Source of the DNA: an uncultured bacterium
GTDB taxonomy: Bacteria > Babelota > Babeliae > Babelales > Vermiphilaceae
Direction: 5' to 3'
DNA: 64,000 nt
Assembly (NCBI GenBank): GCA_963701085.1
Contig: OY969561.1
Coordinates: forward strand, 480,001-544,000
Shown here: positions 9,584-20,097 of the stretch, piece after piece
How positions within the stretch are numbered: position 1 is the stretch's first letter
Layout of the letters: every line of letters starts with the position of its first letter
Notes under the pieces: model-generated
The model's database searches: none
What the model saw: the letters and a program-made list of their open reading frames with translations, nothing else
What the model was told of the DNA's origin: nothing
Translations under genes and position numbers: made by a program

Positions 9584-10624
9584 CTACTTCCGTTTCACCG
9601 CATTCAACTCATTCACGTAATCAAAAACCGTCTTTTTATTATCTCGCACCAAAGCATTTGCCATATTTATAATATGATCAGCCCAATATCCGTTGAATAA
9701 TTTACCCTGCGCAAAGTTTTTCTTCTGACATGCACCGGTTAAATTTTTCACCGAATTATAATCAAAACAATTTCTTGCATTAGGAGTAACCGATGGATTA
9801 CCATAACAACCAAAACAGACTAATGAACGATTTGGCTGAGGCGTCCCTGGAGCAGCATGTTGTTCTTCATGACATGCAATATTTTCATTCATAGTGCCAT
9901 ACATATTCTTCCAAAAATAACTCTCTACTGGCCAAGTATACTCAGTAGACTCCTCATAATTTTGTGTAAACATCAATAAACGCTTATTATTCTTACGCAT
10001 CCACCCCAATGTTGGCCATTCACCTTTTTGCCGCGCTGCTTGCCAATCTGCTGGCTTTAATATCGGGTTGTAACCATTCTTCATGATAACCTCCCTCATA
10101 TCACGCTCCATTTTTGCAGGGTCAGCATAATCATCAAAAAAAATCGTAATCACTGCTTTTGGGTGACTTTTTAAAAAATTAAAAATACGATTCATCTCAT
10201 AATGAAGCGTTTGATACAATGGCTTACCATTTTTCCGGAACACAATTGATTCTTTTGCGGGATGAGAACAAACAACACTTATCCCTTCTTTAAGAAGCGA
10301 CGACCAACTCAAATCCCAATCATACGTACTGAGCATCACACCACGCACACCTGCTGCCAACAGCCCCGGTATGGGCTGATCTTGCAACGCATATTGAGGA
10401 AAAAATCGCGGATACTTTTCTGCCGCGTGAGCTCCTACATAATGATACTGAACATAGTTCAAACCATCTGCTGGTTCTTTAAAATAATCTTTGTTACCCT
10501 CCGCTTGCCGTATGTCTTCTTGATAACGCTCATCATATGAAGGAATATAAGGAGCCGACACAGCCACCAACCACATATTTGCCACCAAAAGAACAATAAA
10601 AACGCTTTGTTTAATATAATGCAT
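9584..10624 (-). CDS. Secreted PI-PLC X-domain-like phosphodiesterase
   Basis: GAH, QDQPIPGLLAAGVRGVML, FLKSHPKAVITIFFDDY, WPTLGWMRKNNKRLLMFT resemble PLC-like phosphodiesterases; signal peptide. Confidence 0.7.
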   Translation of the reverse strand: MHYIKQSVFIVLLVANMWLVAVSAPYIPSYDERYQEDIRQAEGNKDYFKEPADGLNYVQYHYVGAHAAEKYPRFFPQYALQDQPIPGLLAAGVRGVMLSTYDWDLSWSSLLKEGISVVCSHPAKESIVFRKNGKPLYQTLHYEMNRIFNFLKSHPKAVITIFFDDYADPAKMERDMREVIMKNGYNPILKPADWQAARQKGEWPTLGWMRKNNKRLLMFTQNYEESTEYTWPVESYFWKNMYGTMNENIACHEEQHAAPGTPQPNRSLVCFGCYGNPSVTPNARNCFDYNSVKNLTGACQKKNFAQGKLFNGYWADHIINMANALVRDNKKTVFDYVNELNAVKRK

Positions 10625-10720
10625 AACATTACCCCCTTTTTTAACAACATTGCTAACTGTAATTTTACAACAATGTCATGAGAAAAAGCTAGATTTAGCA
10701 TAATTTTCAAAAAAACACCC

Positions 10721-10786
10721 CCGCTCGCCCTGAGCCTGTCGAAGGGAAAAGCGCTCTAATATTTCAACAAGTTCAATATGAGCGCA
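10721..10786. repeat. Palindromic repeat family A, inverted pair with degenerate right arm
   Basis: CCGCTCGCCCTGAGCCTGTCGAAGGG...TTCAACAAGTTCAATATGAGCG. Confidence 0.85.
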
Positions 10787-10889
10787 AATTCAACATGATT
10801 TGCAAAAAAATGTGTGGTATACTAAAGTATCTGCAAGTAATAATGATGCATAAGCACTCTCTGCTACCAATAGTTTTTTAGGTAATATA

Positions 10890-11369
10890 ATGAAAATTCG
10901 AAGAAAAAAAGGTTTCTTTTCTATTTCAGCCGTTGCCAAAATGTTTTCCGTTCATCAACAAACAGTACGCTTGTATGAAAAACAGGGCCTTATCAGCCCC
11001 AAACGATCATCAGGTAATACCCGCCTTTTTTCTGAAGAAGATATTGATCAATTAGAAGAGGTTATCTACCTGACACATGAAATGGGAATCAATTTAGCCG
11101 GTGTTGAGATGATCTTACGCCTCAAGAAGCAGATCAAAAAGATGCAAAATGAGATGAACAAAATATTTGATTCTACGCAGCAAGAGCTTGATCAGGAGAA
11201 TGAGAAATCAAAAGATATCGTACAAAGCAGCTATCAACGCCTTTTACGACTTAAAAATAAAAGTAATGCACCAGCAACACCAGATGCTCCAGTAAAAAAG
11301 GATGCTGATAATGACTCACAAGATGGCACCGTGGATGTTGACAACTGGGAAATTGAGTACGAGGATTAA
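10890..11369 (+). CDS. hspR: MerR-family regulator, HspR-like
   Basis: SISAVAKMFSVHQQTVRLYEKQGLISPKRSSGNTRLFS and GINLAGVEMIL. Confidence 0.8.
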   Translation: MKIRRKKGFFSISAVAKMFSVHQQTVRLYEKQGLISPKRSSGNTRLFSEEDIDQLEEVIYLTHEMGINLAGVEMILRLKKQIKKMQNEMNKIFDSTQQELDQENEKSKDIVQSSYQRLLRLKNKSNAPATPDAPVKKDADNDSQDGTVDVDNWEIEYED

Positions 11370-11500
11370 AAATCACATAAAACTTCACGTAATAGCACAA
11401 TTACACCAACTTTCTCAAAAATGTTTTCATAAGGGCACACAATAGTGCAAGGTTAAAAAAGAGTAGGGTGTATAAATTCCTCAATCACGAAAGGCTTAGT

Positions 11501-11968
11501 ATGAATAACGATTCATTTTCACACGACAGCAACTCACAATTCGCACTTTCGTATGAACTACTTCATTTATTACAATGGCTTGGACAAAACGATGTTGACA
11601 AACTGAAAAAAATTATCTCCAAAGCCGTTGCTCACGGATTGCACAACAACATACAAAAATCTACAACGCTACCTGACCCTAACATTCTCGAAGATATGCA
11701 TCACAGCATTATCGATTTTTTTGAACTTCTTGATACACTTCTAGCTGATGCAATTAGTGATCATGTAGAACAAAAAGCACGCGAGAAAAACCTTCTTCCT
11801 ACCATTGATCATTTTGATTCATCATTATTGGATGACAACACGCTGCGTTCGAGCGTTGAAAACACAACAAAAAAATTGGATCTCAACCCACACATGAATC
11901 CAAAAGAACAGCTTTGCAAAGAGTTTCTTAAAAAATGGAAGCCCGTCAATAAAGAAAGTATACATTAA
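11501..11968 (+). CDS. Hypothetical protein
   Basis: Open frame of about 155 aa downstream of hspR. Confidence 0.7.
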   Translation: MNNDSFSHDSNSQFALSYELLHLLQWLGQNDVDKLKKIISKAVAHGLHNNIQKSTTLPDPNILEDMHHSIIDFFELLDTLLADAISDHVEQKAREKNLLPTIDHFDSSLLDDNTLRSSVENTTKKLDLNPHMNPKEQLCKEFLKKWKPVNKESIH

Positions 11969-11983
11969 ACCGATATTTTAATG

Positions 11984-12057
11984 CCGTTCGTGCTGAGCCT
12001 GTCGAAGCATATGAACTAAATTATGTTCGCTCACTTCGACAAGCTCAGTGCGAACGG
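11984..12057. repeat. Palindromic repeat family A, complete inverted pair between convergent genes
   Basis: CCGTTCGTGCTGAGCCTGTCGAAGCA...CTTCGACAAGCTCAGTGCGAACGG. Confidence 0.9.
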
Positions 12058-12114
12058 GATTGGAAAATACCTGCACAAACAAAGTTTTTTTACGTTCGCA
12101 CGAACGTAAAGGGA

Positions 12115-12726
12115 CTAAAAAAATCCTAATTTCTCCAACGCCTCACGCACCTCAAAAAGAGGCAAACCAATAATTGTTGAATACGATCCTTGGACCATTT
12201 TTAAAAACTGATTACCAAACTTTTCAACCGCAATACCACCAGACACATCCAAAAAAGGTGTTTTTTCAAGGTAAATATCAAGCCAATTATCTGGTACCAC
12301 AAACATAAATTCAGCCGAAACAACATCAGCTATTCTTTCTTCTATTACCCATGCATCATTTTTCCACACTTTTCTATCCAAACAAAAACCTGTGCATAAA
12401 AAAGAGCCTGCTGCAGTTGCCTTTATCTTGGCAATGGCATCAGCTCTATCAACTGGCTTTCCATGAACCACGCCCATTTTATCATGCGACATAGTATCAG
12501 CGGTCAGCACAAAGCATCTATCTCCTTCATGTTTACCATCGGGCAAGATAACGTGCTGCATTTTATACAGCGCAATGCTTAAAACGAGCTGTGGTAATGG
12601 AAGACCCCAATCACACAGAGATTCGTCAGCATCCTGATTTACTGTAATAAATGGAATCTGAGACTCTTCTAATAACATCCGCCGCGATTGCGATTTGGAA
12701 CCGAAATATAAAACATTTTTAACCAT
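12115..12726 (-). CDS. maf: Maf-like nucleoside triphosphate pyrophosphatase
   Basis: GSKSQSRRMLL, TADT, GKP, GSYSTIIGLPL. Confidence 0.88.
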   Translation of the reverse strand: MVKNVLYFGSKSQSRRMLLEESQIPFITVNQDADESLCDWGLPLPQLVLSIALYKMQHVILPDGKHEGDRCFVLTADTMSHDKMGVVHGKPVDRADAIAKIKATAAGSFLCTGFCLDRKVWKNDAWVIEERIADVVSAEFMFVVPDNWLDIYLEKTPFLDVSGGIAVEKFGNQFLKMVQGSYSTIIGLPLFEVREALEKLGFF

Positions 12727-12815
12727 ATAGATAAACTTTTTTCTTTAGTCCTTCGAAGCTTTTAAAAAAGCGGAGTAGGATTGAATTTTTTTAATCTCAA
12801 GAGTACACTTAAAAC

Positions 12816-13280
12816 ATGAATTATCAATACTATACTAAGACCAAAAACATTTTTGTACCTCAAAATCAACAGATCGTCCTTGTTGGTGGCTGCTTTGATA
12901 TCATTCATTTTGGACACATACAATTTTTGGAAAAAGCAAAGCAAGCTGGTGATTATCTTGTTGTAGCACTTGAACCAGATGAGCGTATTATCAACCACAA
13001 ACACCGCACTCCAATTCATACACAAGCAGAACGTGCTCATAATCTATTAGCACTACGCCATGTTGATCACATAATTATGTTACCAATGTTATATGGATTT
13101 CAAGATTATCTTGATCTTGTACAAACAATCAAACCACACGTTATTGCAATAACCAATGATGATCCACAACTACCCAACAAACAAAAACAAGCTGACGCGG
13201 TTGGCGCACAACTTGTTACGGTAACTGATATGATTGGAAATTTTTCAAGCTCAGCGATATTTCAAGATTTAATGATTTAA
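12816..13280 (+). CDS. Cytidylyltransferase-family nucleotidyltransferase (RfaE-II/RibL/TagD-like)
   Basis: GGCFDIIHFGH, GDYLVVAL, ERAHNL, SSSAI. Confidence 0.85.
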   Translation: MNYQYYTKTKNIFVPQNQQIVLVGGCFDIIHFGHIQFLEKAKQAGDYLVVALEPDERIINHKHRTPIHTQAERAHNLLALRHVDHIIMLPMLYGFQDYLDLVQTIKPHVIAITNDDPQLPNKQKQADAVGAQLVTVTDMIGNFSSSAIFQDLMI

Positions 13281-13292
13281 AAATTAAAGCTA

Positions 13293-14084
13293 TTATTCTC
13301 TGCCATTTTTTATTTTATTGAAATCTTCACCACTCATAATTGTAAGTAATTTTCGACATATTTCTAATCCAGTAATATATTCTTGTTGTTGCCGTTGGGA
13401 CATGCGATCCGAATGCGATGCATATTCCTTCTCCAAATTATTCATTCTACTTTGCACACGCTCAATTGCACTTACTCCATAACAATTTTTATGATGTGGA
13501 TCAACATTTAATGAATGCAATAATTTCGCTCGGCGTAACACATGATTTCCTTCTAGATAAAAGTCAAAAGGTCTTCCCAGCAACTTATGCCAAAGATTCT
13601 CACCAGAATTATCTACTGCATATGGATTAACTTTTCTACGAATAGCGTACTTTATAAAGGAATCTTTTGTAACTTTCGTATTATTTGTACCTTCATCCCT
13701 AATTACGTTGTGCAAATAATTTCCACCGTGACCGTCATCTATTTTACGGATATTACAACCATGTTTTTCAAGAAGTCGTATCATATTAAGAGATTGAGCG
13801 TCCTCTATCAAAGAATCATCACCTTTAAGTATCTTATAATTTTTAAGTAACCAATCTGCCGTTTTAACATCATCTATTTCAATAGCATCCACAAGTAGAA
13901 ATCCTCGACGAAATTGCAAATCCTTTATCTTCTTTTGACCAGTCGTCTTATTAGCACAAGAATGTCGCTGCTGAAACATTTTTGGTGTCGATTGTTTTGA
14001 TGTTTTTACCAACATAGCAGTAGCATTGGGTACAACAGTAAAACTGATCACTGCCGACAACACTATACTCTTTTTCATACGCAT
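13293..14084 (-). CDS. Secreted protein with degenerate ankyrin-like repeats
   Basis: Signal peptide; GGNYLH, VNPYAVDNSGENLWH, VDPHHKNCYGVSA. Confidence 0.65.
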   Translation of the reverse strand: MRMKKSIVLSAVISFTVVPNATAMLVKTSKQSTPKMFQQRHSCANKTTGQKKIKDLQFRRGFLLVDAIEIDDVKTADWLLKNYKILKGDDSLIEDAQSLNMIRLLEKHGCNIRKIDDGHGGNYLHNVIRDEGTNNTKVTKDSFIKYAIRRKVNPYAVDNSGENLWHKLLGRPFDFYLEGNHVLRRAKLLHSLNVDPHHKNCYGVSAIERVQSRMNNLEKEYASHSDRMSQRQQQEYITGLEICRKLLTIMSGEDFNKIKNGRE

Positions 14085-14173
14085 CCTTTTGTTGTAATAT
14101 ATAATTTAAAAATTCACCCATTATTGTACGCATCATCAGATATTTAGCAACAATAAATGTTCTTTTTAAAAAC

Positions 14174-14208
14174 AAAAAAAGCCACGTGCAAAACACATGG
14201 CTTTTTTT
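14174..14208 (-). terminator. Intrinsic terminator downstream of tRNA-Gln
   Basis: A7-GCCACGTG-CAAAA-CACATGGC-T7 hairpin flanked by A/T tracts. Confidence 0.7.
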
Positions 14209-14244
14209 AATAGCAATCATTTAAAGAAAATGGCACGCCAGCTG

Positions 14245-14270
14245 TCCTTCGACAAGCTCAGGATGAGCGG
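14245..14270. repeat. Palindromic repeat family A single unit next to tRNA 3' end
   Basis: TCCTTCGACAAGCTCAGGATGAGCGG. Confidence 0.85.
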
Positions 14271-14280
14271 TAGTGAAAGC

Positions 14281-14354
14281 TGGCTGGGGCGGAAGGATTC
14301 GAACCTCCGATCGTAGGACCAAAACCTACTGCCTTACCGCTTGGCCACGCCCCA
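14281..14354 (-). tRNA. tRNA-Gln (anticodon TTG)
   Basis: Minus strand TGGGGCGTGGCCAAGCGGTAAGGCAGTAGGTTTTGGTCCTACGATCGGAGGTTCGAATCCTTCCGCCCCAGCCA; cloverleaf, GTTCGAA, CCA end. Confidence 0.97.
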
Positions 14355-14380
14355 AATAAGAATGTAAAAATTTATTACTA

Positions 14381-14668
14381 CTACTCTTCGTCAGATGAAG
14401 GTTGGCCCCCAAGATCCATATTGGTCTTGTATTCTTGAACCACGCGCTCTTCAATCATGCTACGTGTTTCAGGGTTTAAGGGATGCACAACATCGCGAAA
14501 TGTTCCGTCTTTACGTTTACGTGATGGCATTGAAACAAATAATCCTTTGACACCTTCGATCACTTTGAGATCTCGAATAATAAATGCATTGTCAAAGACG
14601 ATGGTTGCATATGCTTTCAATTTTTCGCCATCCGTCACCGGAAATACTTTAACTTCCGTTATTTCCAT
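14381..14668 (-). CDS. spoVG: SpoVG family nucleic-acid-binding regulator
   Basis: MEITEVKVF...LKAYATIVFDNAFIIRDLKVIEG..GLFVSMPSRK..DGTFRDVVHPLN. Confidence 0.95.
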   Translation of the reverse strand: MEITEVKVFPVTDGEKLKAYATIVFDNAFIIRDLKVIEGVKGLFVSMPSRKRKDGTFRDVVHPLNPETRSMIEERVVQEYKTNMDLGGQPSSDEE

Positions 14669-14788
14669 TGCTGTAACCTTTAAAGATAAGTATCGTTTTT
14701 TTGCTTCTTTACTGCTCGTATTTTAATGTATATCATTGGATGTTTTTGTCAAATACAAACATACTTCTTTTATACATTTTTTATAAAT

Positions 14789-15703
14789 TTACCCAATAAA
14801 TCGTGCAACTCTCAATTTTGCTGAACGAGATGATGGATTTTTTGCGATTTCTTCTGCTGTTGGGATCACTACACGCTTAGTGATGATCTCCAGTTTCCCC
14901 TCATCCTCTTTTTCTTTAAAGAACTGTTTAACAATCCGATCTTCCAAAGAATGAAACGAGATACATAACAATAATCCGTTAGGTTTTAACACTTGCATTG
15001 CACCTGACAAAAATCCGGTGATATTATTCAACTCTTGGTTAACAAAAATACGTAATGCCTGAAACACTTTAGTTGCAGGATGAATCTTTGAAGAACGTCG
15101 AGGAATAACTTTTTCAATGAGTGCTGCCAATTCTCGTGTGGTGTGAATCGATTTTTTTTGTCGCGCTTCAACAATCGCTGCTACTATTTTTTTTGCATGT
15201 GGCTCTTGCCCCAATTGCCAAAACATTTCACATAATTTTTCTGGTGAAGACTTATTGATCACTTGTTCTGCCGTCACCTGCTGATGAGCAGGTGACATTC
15301 TCATATCAAGTTCAGAATCTCTCTGAAAAGAAAACCCAGCGCGCTCTTTTATATGCATCTGAGATGTACCAAAATCGGCTAAAATACCATCTACTTTGCC
15401 CTCTTTTGCTTTTTGCAGCAACCGGTACACGTTAGAAAAATTCCCCCATATTATATGGAGGCGTTCTTGGTATTGTGCTTCTAATGCAGGTGCATACGTT
15501 TCAATTGAAGTAGCATCCCAATCGATTGCTACCACATGACATTTTTGCTGCTTATCTAAAATTGCTTTGGTATGACCACCTGACCCAAAAGTAACATCAC
15601 AGTAAAGACCTTGTGGCTGTGGATTAAGATAATGCAAAACCTCATCAACCATGACCGTTTTGTGATAAAAGAGCTCGGCGTTTTCTTTATTTGGGTTTAC
15701 CAT
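14789..15703 (-). CDS. rsmH: 16S rRNA m4C1402 methyltransferase RsmH
   Basis: HKTVM, DVTFGSGGH, LDMRM, HPATKVFQALRIFVN, ISFHSLEDRIVK, SRSAKLR. Confidence 0.97.
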   Translation of the reverse strand: MVNPNKENAELFYHKTVMVDEVLHYLNPQPQGLYCDVTFGSGGHTKAILDKQQKCHVVAIDWDATSIETYAPALEAQYQERLHIIWGNFSNVYRLLQKAKEGKVDGILADFGTSQMHIKERAGFSFQRDSELDMRMSPAHQQVTAEQVINKSSPEKLCEMFWQLGQEPHAKKIVAAIVEARQKKSIHTTRELAALIEKVIPRRSSKIHPATKVFQALRIFVNQELNNITGFLSGAMQVLKPNGLLLCISFHSLEDRIVKQFFKEKEDEGKLEIITKRVVIPTAEEIAKNPSSRSAKLRVARFIG

Positions 15704-15714
15704 AGTGATTTATA

Positions 15715-17129
15715 CTATTCTATTTGCGATGCTTTAACACCATTCTTTGTTGTCAACATTGAAACTAAATTTTCAAGACCAATTGCATGCGATCCTTTAA
15801 CCAAAATAGCTGGTTTTGCATCGAGCTCACTTTCAATTTTTTGTGCAGCTTCTTGCCATGATCCAACTACTTCAACACGTAGTCCCACTGGTGCTGTTTT
15901 TTTAACCCAAGCAACCAAGTTGCCCACTAAAATAACTTTATTTAATGAAGGAACTTTACGCAGGAAGCGCCCTACTTGTCTATGCCAAAAAGGACTATTA
16001 ACACCTAATCCAAGCATATCACCAAGAATAGCAATTTTTGGTGACTTTGTCTCTATTTGTTGAAACGCCAACAATGCCGCCTTCATACTCTCTGGATTAG
16101 CATTATAACAATCATTAATTAAGGTGCCACGATCACCATTCACCAAGCGCTCTTCAAAGCGACCTTCAACAACGCATGGCTTTTGAATCGCTTTAATAAT
16201 AATGTCATCAGAAACACCCAACCAATGAGCCGCAGCTGTTGCAGCAAGAGCATTAAAAACTGCTCCAATATGCGGGTGATCCAAAACAATGGAATGTTTA
16301 TTTTTATATATTTTAAGCATAAAGCTAATATGGGCTCCGGATACTCTCATTTTTCGTGCTTGAATCTGATTTGTCGTCTTTGATCCAAACTTAATCACCG
16401 GATGCTGATAAGAAACACTGGCAAGAATTGGCTGATCACCATTAATAATACCAATGCTATTTTCAGTGAAGTATTTAAAAACATCACGTTTTTCAAGCGC
16501 AATATCATTGAGTGACCCAAGACCATCCATATGCTGATGACCAATATTGGTAATTACCGCAGACGTTGGACGTAATAAATGAGAAAGCTCAGCCATTTCC
16601 CCACGTTTACTAATACCAAGTTCAAAAATAGCCAATTCGTGATCCGTTCTCATGCGAAGCATATTTAATGCAAGGCCAATTTTTGTATTTTGATTTCCAT
16701 GAGAAACAAGATATTTTTTGCCTGCATGCGTCATAATTTGAGCAAGCATTTCTTTGGTAGAAGTTTTTCCAACTGATCCAGTAATAGCAATAACTGGATA
16801 ATCAAACTGTGAACGCCAATGTGGCAGCAAGTTGAACAAGCGCCTCAAGAGGATCTTTAACCAACAAGAACTAACTTAGATTCAAGCCCTTTAATTGTGC
16901 TGAGAACATCTTTTTTTGATTCAGCAATAATCACTCCTGCTGCACCCTTTGCAAATGCTTGCGCAACAAAATCATGCCCATCACAATCAGCGCCTTTTAG
17001 AGCAACAAAAATATCTCCCGCTTGCATCCCACGTGAATCAATAGAGAATGTTGCATTCTCTGGAAAGTGCCCGAATGCAATCGACACTTCAGGCAATGTT
17101 TTAGTTATAAAAGAGCTGTCAAATCGCAT
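15715..17129 (-). CDS. murF: UDP-MurNAc-tripeptide:D-Ala-D-Ala ligase MurF, frameshifted near 16820-16865
   Basis: N part IDSR...DIFVALKG...DGHDF; C part AITGSVGKTSTKE, NDCYNANPESM, LGDMLGLG, LVKGS; two apparent 1-base insertions at the junction. Confidence 0.9.
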
Positions 17130-17283
17130 TGATAATCTCCGTTGAAAATAAAAAATACTACTACACCCAAATCTATATAAAAAAACTATTATATGTGCTG
17201 CTAAACGTTCGTCTAATGGCACTAAGATCTCTTTTTTTTTAACATTTGTCAAGGAACGCAGGATAAAGTAATAAGATAATATG

Positions 17284-19716
17284 TTAACGAATTACTTTTC
17301 TTGTCTTTCCCCCATCCTGCGGCATAATGAGTCCTTGAGACTCAAGCATATCAATAATACGCGCTGATCTATTATAACCAATGCGAAACTTTCTTTGCAG
17401 TAGGGAAATAGAGATTTCATCAATCTCATTTAAAAAATTACGAATATCATCATATAAAACATCATCTAGTGTTGCTCCATCTTGCCCTTGCAATGATGTC
17501 ATCTGATGCATATCAAGATATTCAACTTTTCTTTGCTGCCTAATATGATCCGCAACCTGCTCAATTTCTTGATCAGAAACATATGCTCCATGTACTCGTC
17601 TTAATTGTGATGTTGCCGCATCAAGAAACAGCATATCGCCCCTACCTAATAAACGATCAGCTCCCATTGTATCTAAAATAGTACGGGAATCAATACGTGA
17701 TGCAACTCTGAATGATATTCTACTCGGAAAGTTTGCTTTAATTAAACCGGTAATCACATCAACCGAAGGCCGCTGTGTTGCAACAATCATATGAATTCCC
17801 GCTGCACGTGCCATTTGCGTAATACGAGTAATAAGATCTTCAATATCACGCCCGGCGGTAATCATCAAATCCGCCAACTCATCAATCACCACCACAATAA
17901 ATGGCAACATACTTGTTTTCTTAGTTCATCATCCGCGCTCATTCTGAATCTGTTGCAAAATCGCGTATTATAATCCCCAATATTACGCGCGCCACATTTT
18001 GCCATTTTTTCATAACGTTCTTCCATTTCTTGCACCACCCAACGCAACACGGGAGCTGCATGTGCGGGACTCGTGACAATAGGAAACAACAAATGTGCAA
18101 TATCGGTAAATGCGGCAAACTCTAATCGTTTAGGATCTATCAAAATAAGTTTAAGTTCATCGGGGCTTAATTTACATAACAAACTTATCAAAATGGCATT
18201 AATGCTACCGATTTTCCTGATCCTGTTGAACCTGCAATCAAAAGATGTGGCATACGTGCTAAATCAACAACCACAGCCTCTCCAATGGTGCCCTTACCAA
18301 GAACAAGCGGCAAACTACCAGAAAACTGTTGCGTATACTGGAGATGTTGCCACTTGTGAAAACAGTACATCATTACGCGTTGTATTTGCAACTTCAAACC
18401 CAACAACTGATCTTCCAGGAATTGGCGCAATAATACGAATACTCATCGCTTGCAACGCCATAGCAAGATCATCTTCCAGCGCAATAATTTTACTCAATTT
18501 TGTATCAATATCCGGTTGATATTCAAACAACGTCACAACAGGCCCACGCTTAATGGCAACCACTTCACCATGTAACCCCAAACCGTTTTAATTTATCTTG
18601 CAAAACTTGTGCACGCTCTTGTAACTCTTTTTCAACATTACGATCTTCTTTAATGTCTTTCTCAGCAATAAAAATATCCATGTGCGGCAATGCGTATCGT
18701 GAAGTTTTTTTAGATATGGTTGGCAATTGCTTTTCATGCTTTGCTTTTTGCACACGCACGGAAGCTGTATATTCACTCATATCATTATTCACTTTCTTAT
18801 CCACTGCATGCCTCAATGATATTAATGGAGGCACAAGATTTAGCTTCAATCTACTGACTTTGTTCTTTCGCGCTCGTCCTGAACTTGTTGAAGGATATCC
18901 TCGAGCGCCAGAATATAAAACCACGTAATTTATTGATACTTCATCAAACTGAATCTCATCCGACCGGTCAGCGTCCCATTGCTGCCCAAAGTCATAATCA
19001 TCGTCAGGATGTAACAAACCTGTCTCATCAAATGCCTCACCATCAAGTAACGATTGAACAAAATGTACAAAAAACCTTGGCATCTTCAAAAAAACAGCAT
19101 ACATACATACGCCAACAGCATGCACCGTTTTGCTGACAACATGATATTTGCACATCAATGCATACGCGGCCAAAACCGCCCACATGGCATACTGAAACAA
19201 AAACATAAATGACCAACGGAATAATAAAATAAAACTCGCGCAGAGGCTACTATATAAAAATAACATGCGTCCAATGGGGTCAAAATAATAAACAAGTGCG
19301 TTTGCAAAGCGTAAGCCTACCATCCCACCCGGATAAGGACTTACGGCAACATCCATAGAATAAGCAGCCAGCAATGCAGCACCAACAAATACTAAATATA
19401 CAGAAGCAAACAAGCGTTCCCATTCATTTTTCATTGATTTTTGGGTAAAAAAAATGAATCCCCCACATAATAATGGAATCAATAGTAAAAAAGATGCCCC
19501 TCCAAAAAGGTAAAAAAGTATTGCTGCGAATTGCGCACCAAGAAAACCACCTGTGTTGGTGATAGCTTCCGGATCACTTGAAATATATAACCATGAACTA
19601 TCAGTCACGTTATATGAAACAAGAGACACTACCAAAAAAATAATGGTTGCCGTATAAAAAATAGCACCACCATACCAAAACGTCCTATTTTTTTCATGAA
19701 AAAACCTGTTCATCAA
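17284..19716 (-). CDS. ftsK: DNA translocase FtsK (4TM N-domain, motor, gamma), split by several frameshifts
   Basis: Fragments in order: TM region, [71 protein letters not shown]. Confidence 0.93.
18869..18908. repeat. Family A repeat in-frame inside ftsK linker
   Basis: CGCGCTCGTCCTGAACTTGTTGAAGGATATCCTCGAGCGC encodes [14 protein letters not shown]. Confidence 0.85.
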
Positions 19717-20097
19717 AAATCTCCCATAAATTTTTTAGAAATTTTCCATTTTTTCCACCATCTTGAAAGCTCCACCCCATGATGAAATATAAAATAATTT
19801 TACAAAACAACCTAGCAACAAAGGGATATTAGTGCGTTCAATAAACGTAAAACTCCTTCCACAGCATAATTACTTATAATTTTTCTTTACAATTTGGATC
19901 TGACAATACTATATTGTACAGTGATACGAAAATATGTTTGAATAAAAAAATAAATAACATAATTCAATGAAAGGAGATATCGCGCATAAAAAAAGTAGTG
20001 TACGTTAAAAAATTTCACTTGCCTTAATAAAAAAAGGGCGTGAAATTAATGGATCAGAAATATCTAAGATTGAGTAATGAGTAAAAGGAGTTTAATT

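Noticed and set aside
10721-10746. Hammerhead ribozyme (CTGA...GAA resemblance in family A)
   Set aside because: Lacks CUGANGA, GAAA and the three-stem junction with a cleavage triplet
10851-10877. CIRCE or HAIR operator upstream of hspR
   Set aside because: TAAGCACTC resembles one CIRCE half only; no matching right arm and no HAIR inverted repeat seen
12089-12110. Perfect palindrome TTTACGTTCG-CA-CGAACGTAAA as terminator
   Set aside because: No U tract follows it on either strand; single copy, function unsupported
14231-14241. Second tRNA or att remnant (minus strand CTGGCGTGCCA)
   Set aside because: Only a CCA-ending 11-mer, no T-arm, no match to the tRNA-Gln 3' end; may belong to the repeat
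14381-14668. Sporulation inferred from spoVG
   Set aside because: SpoVG is widespread in non-sporulating bacteria
17886-18600. Programmed frameshifting in ftsK
   Set aside because: Too many shifts, no consistent slippery motif; sequencing error more parsimonious
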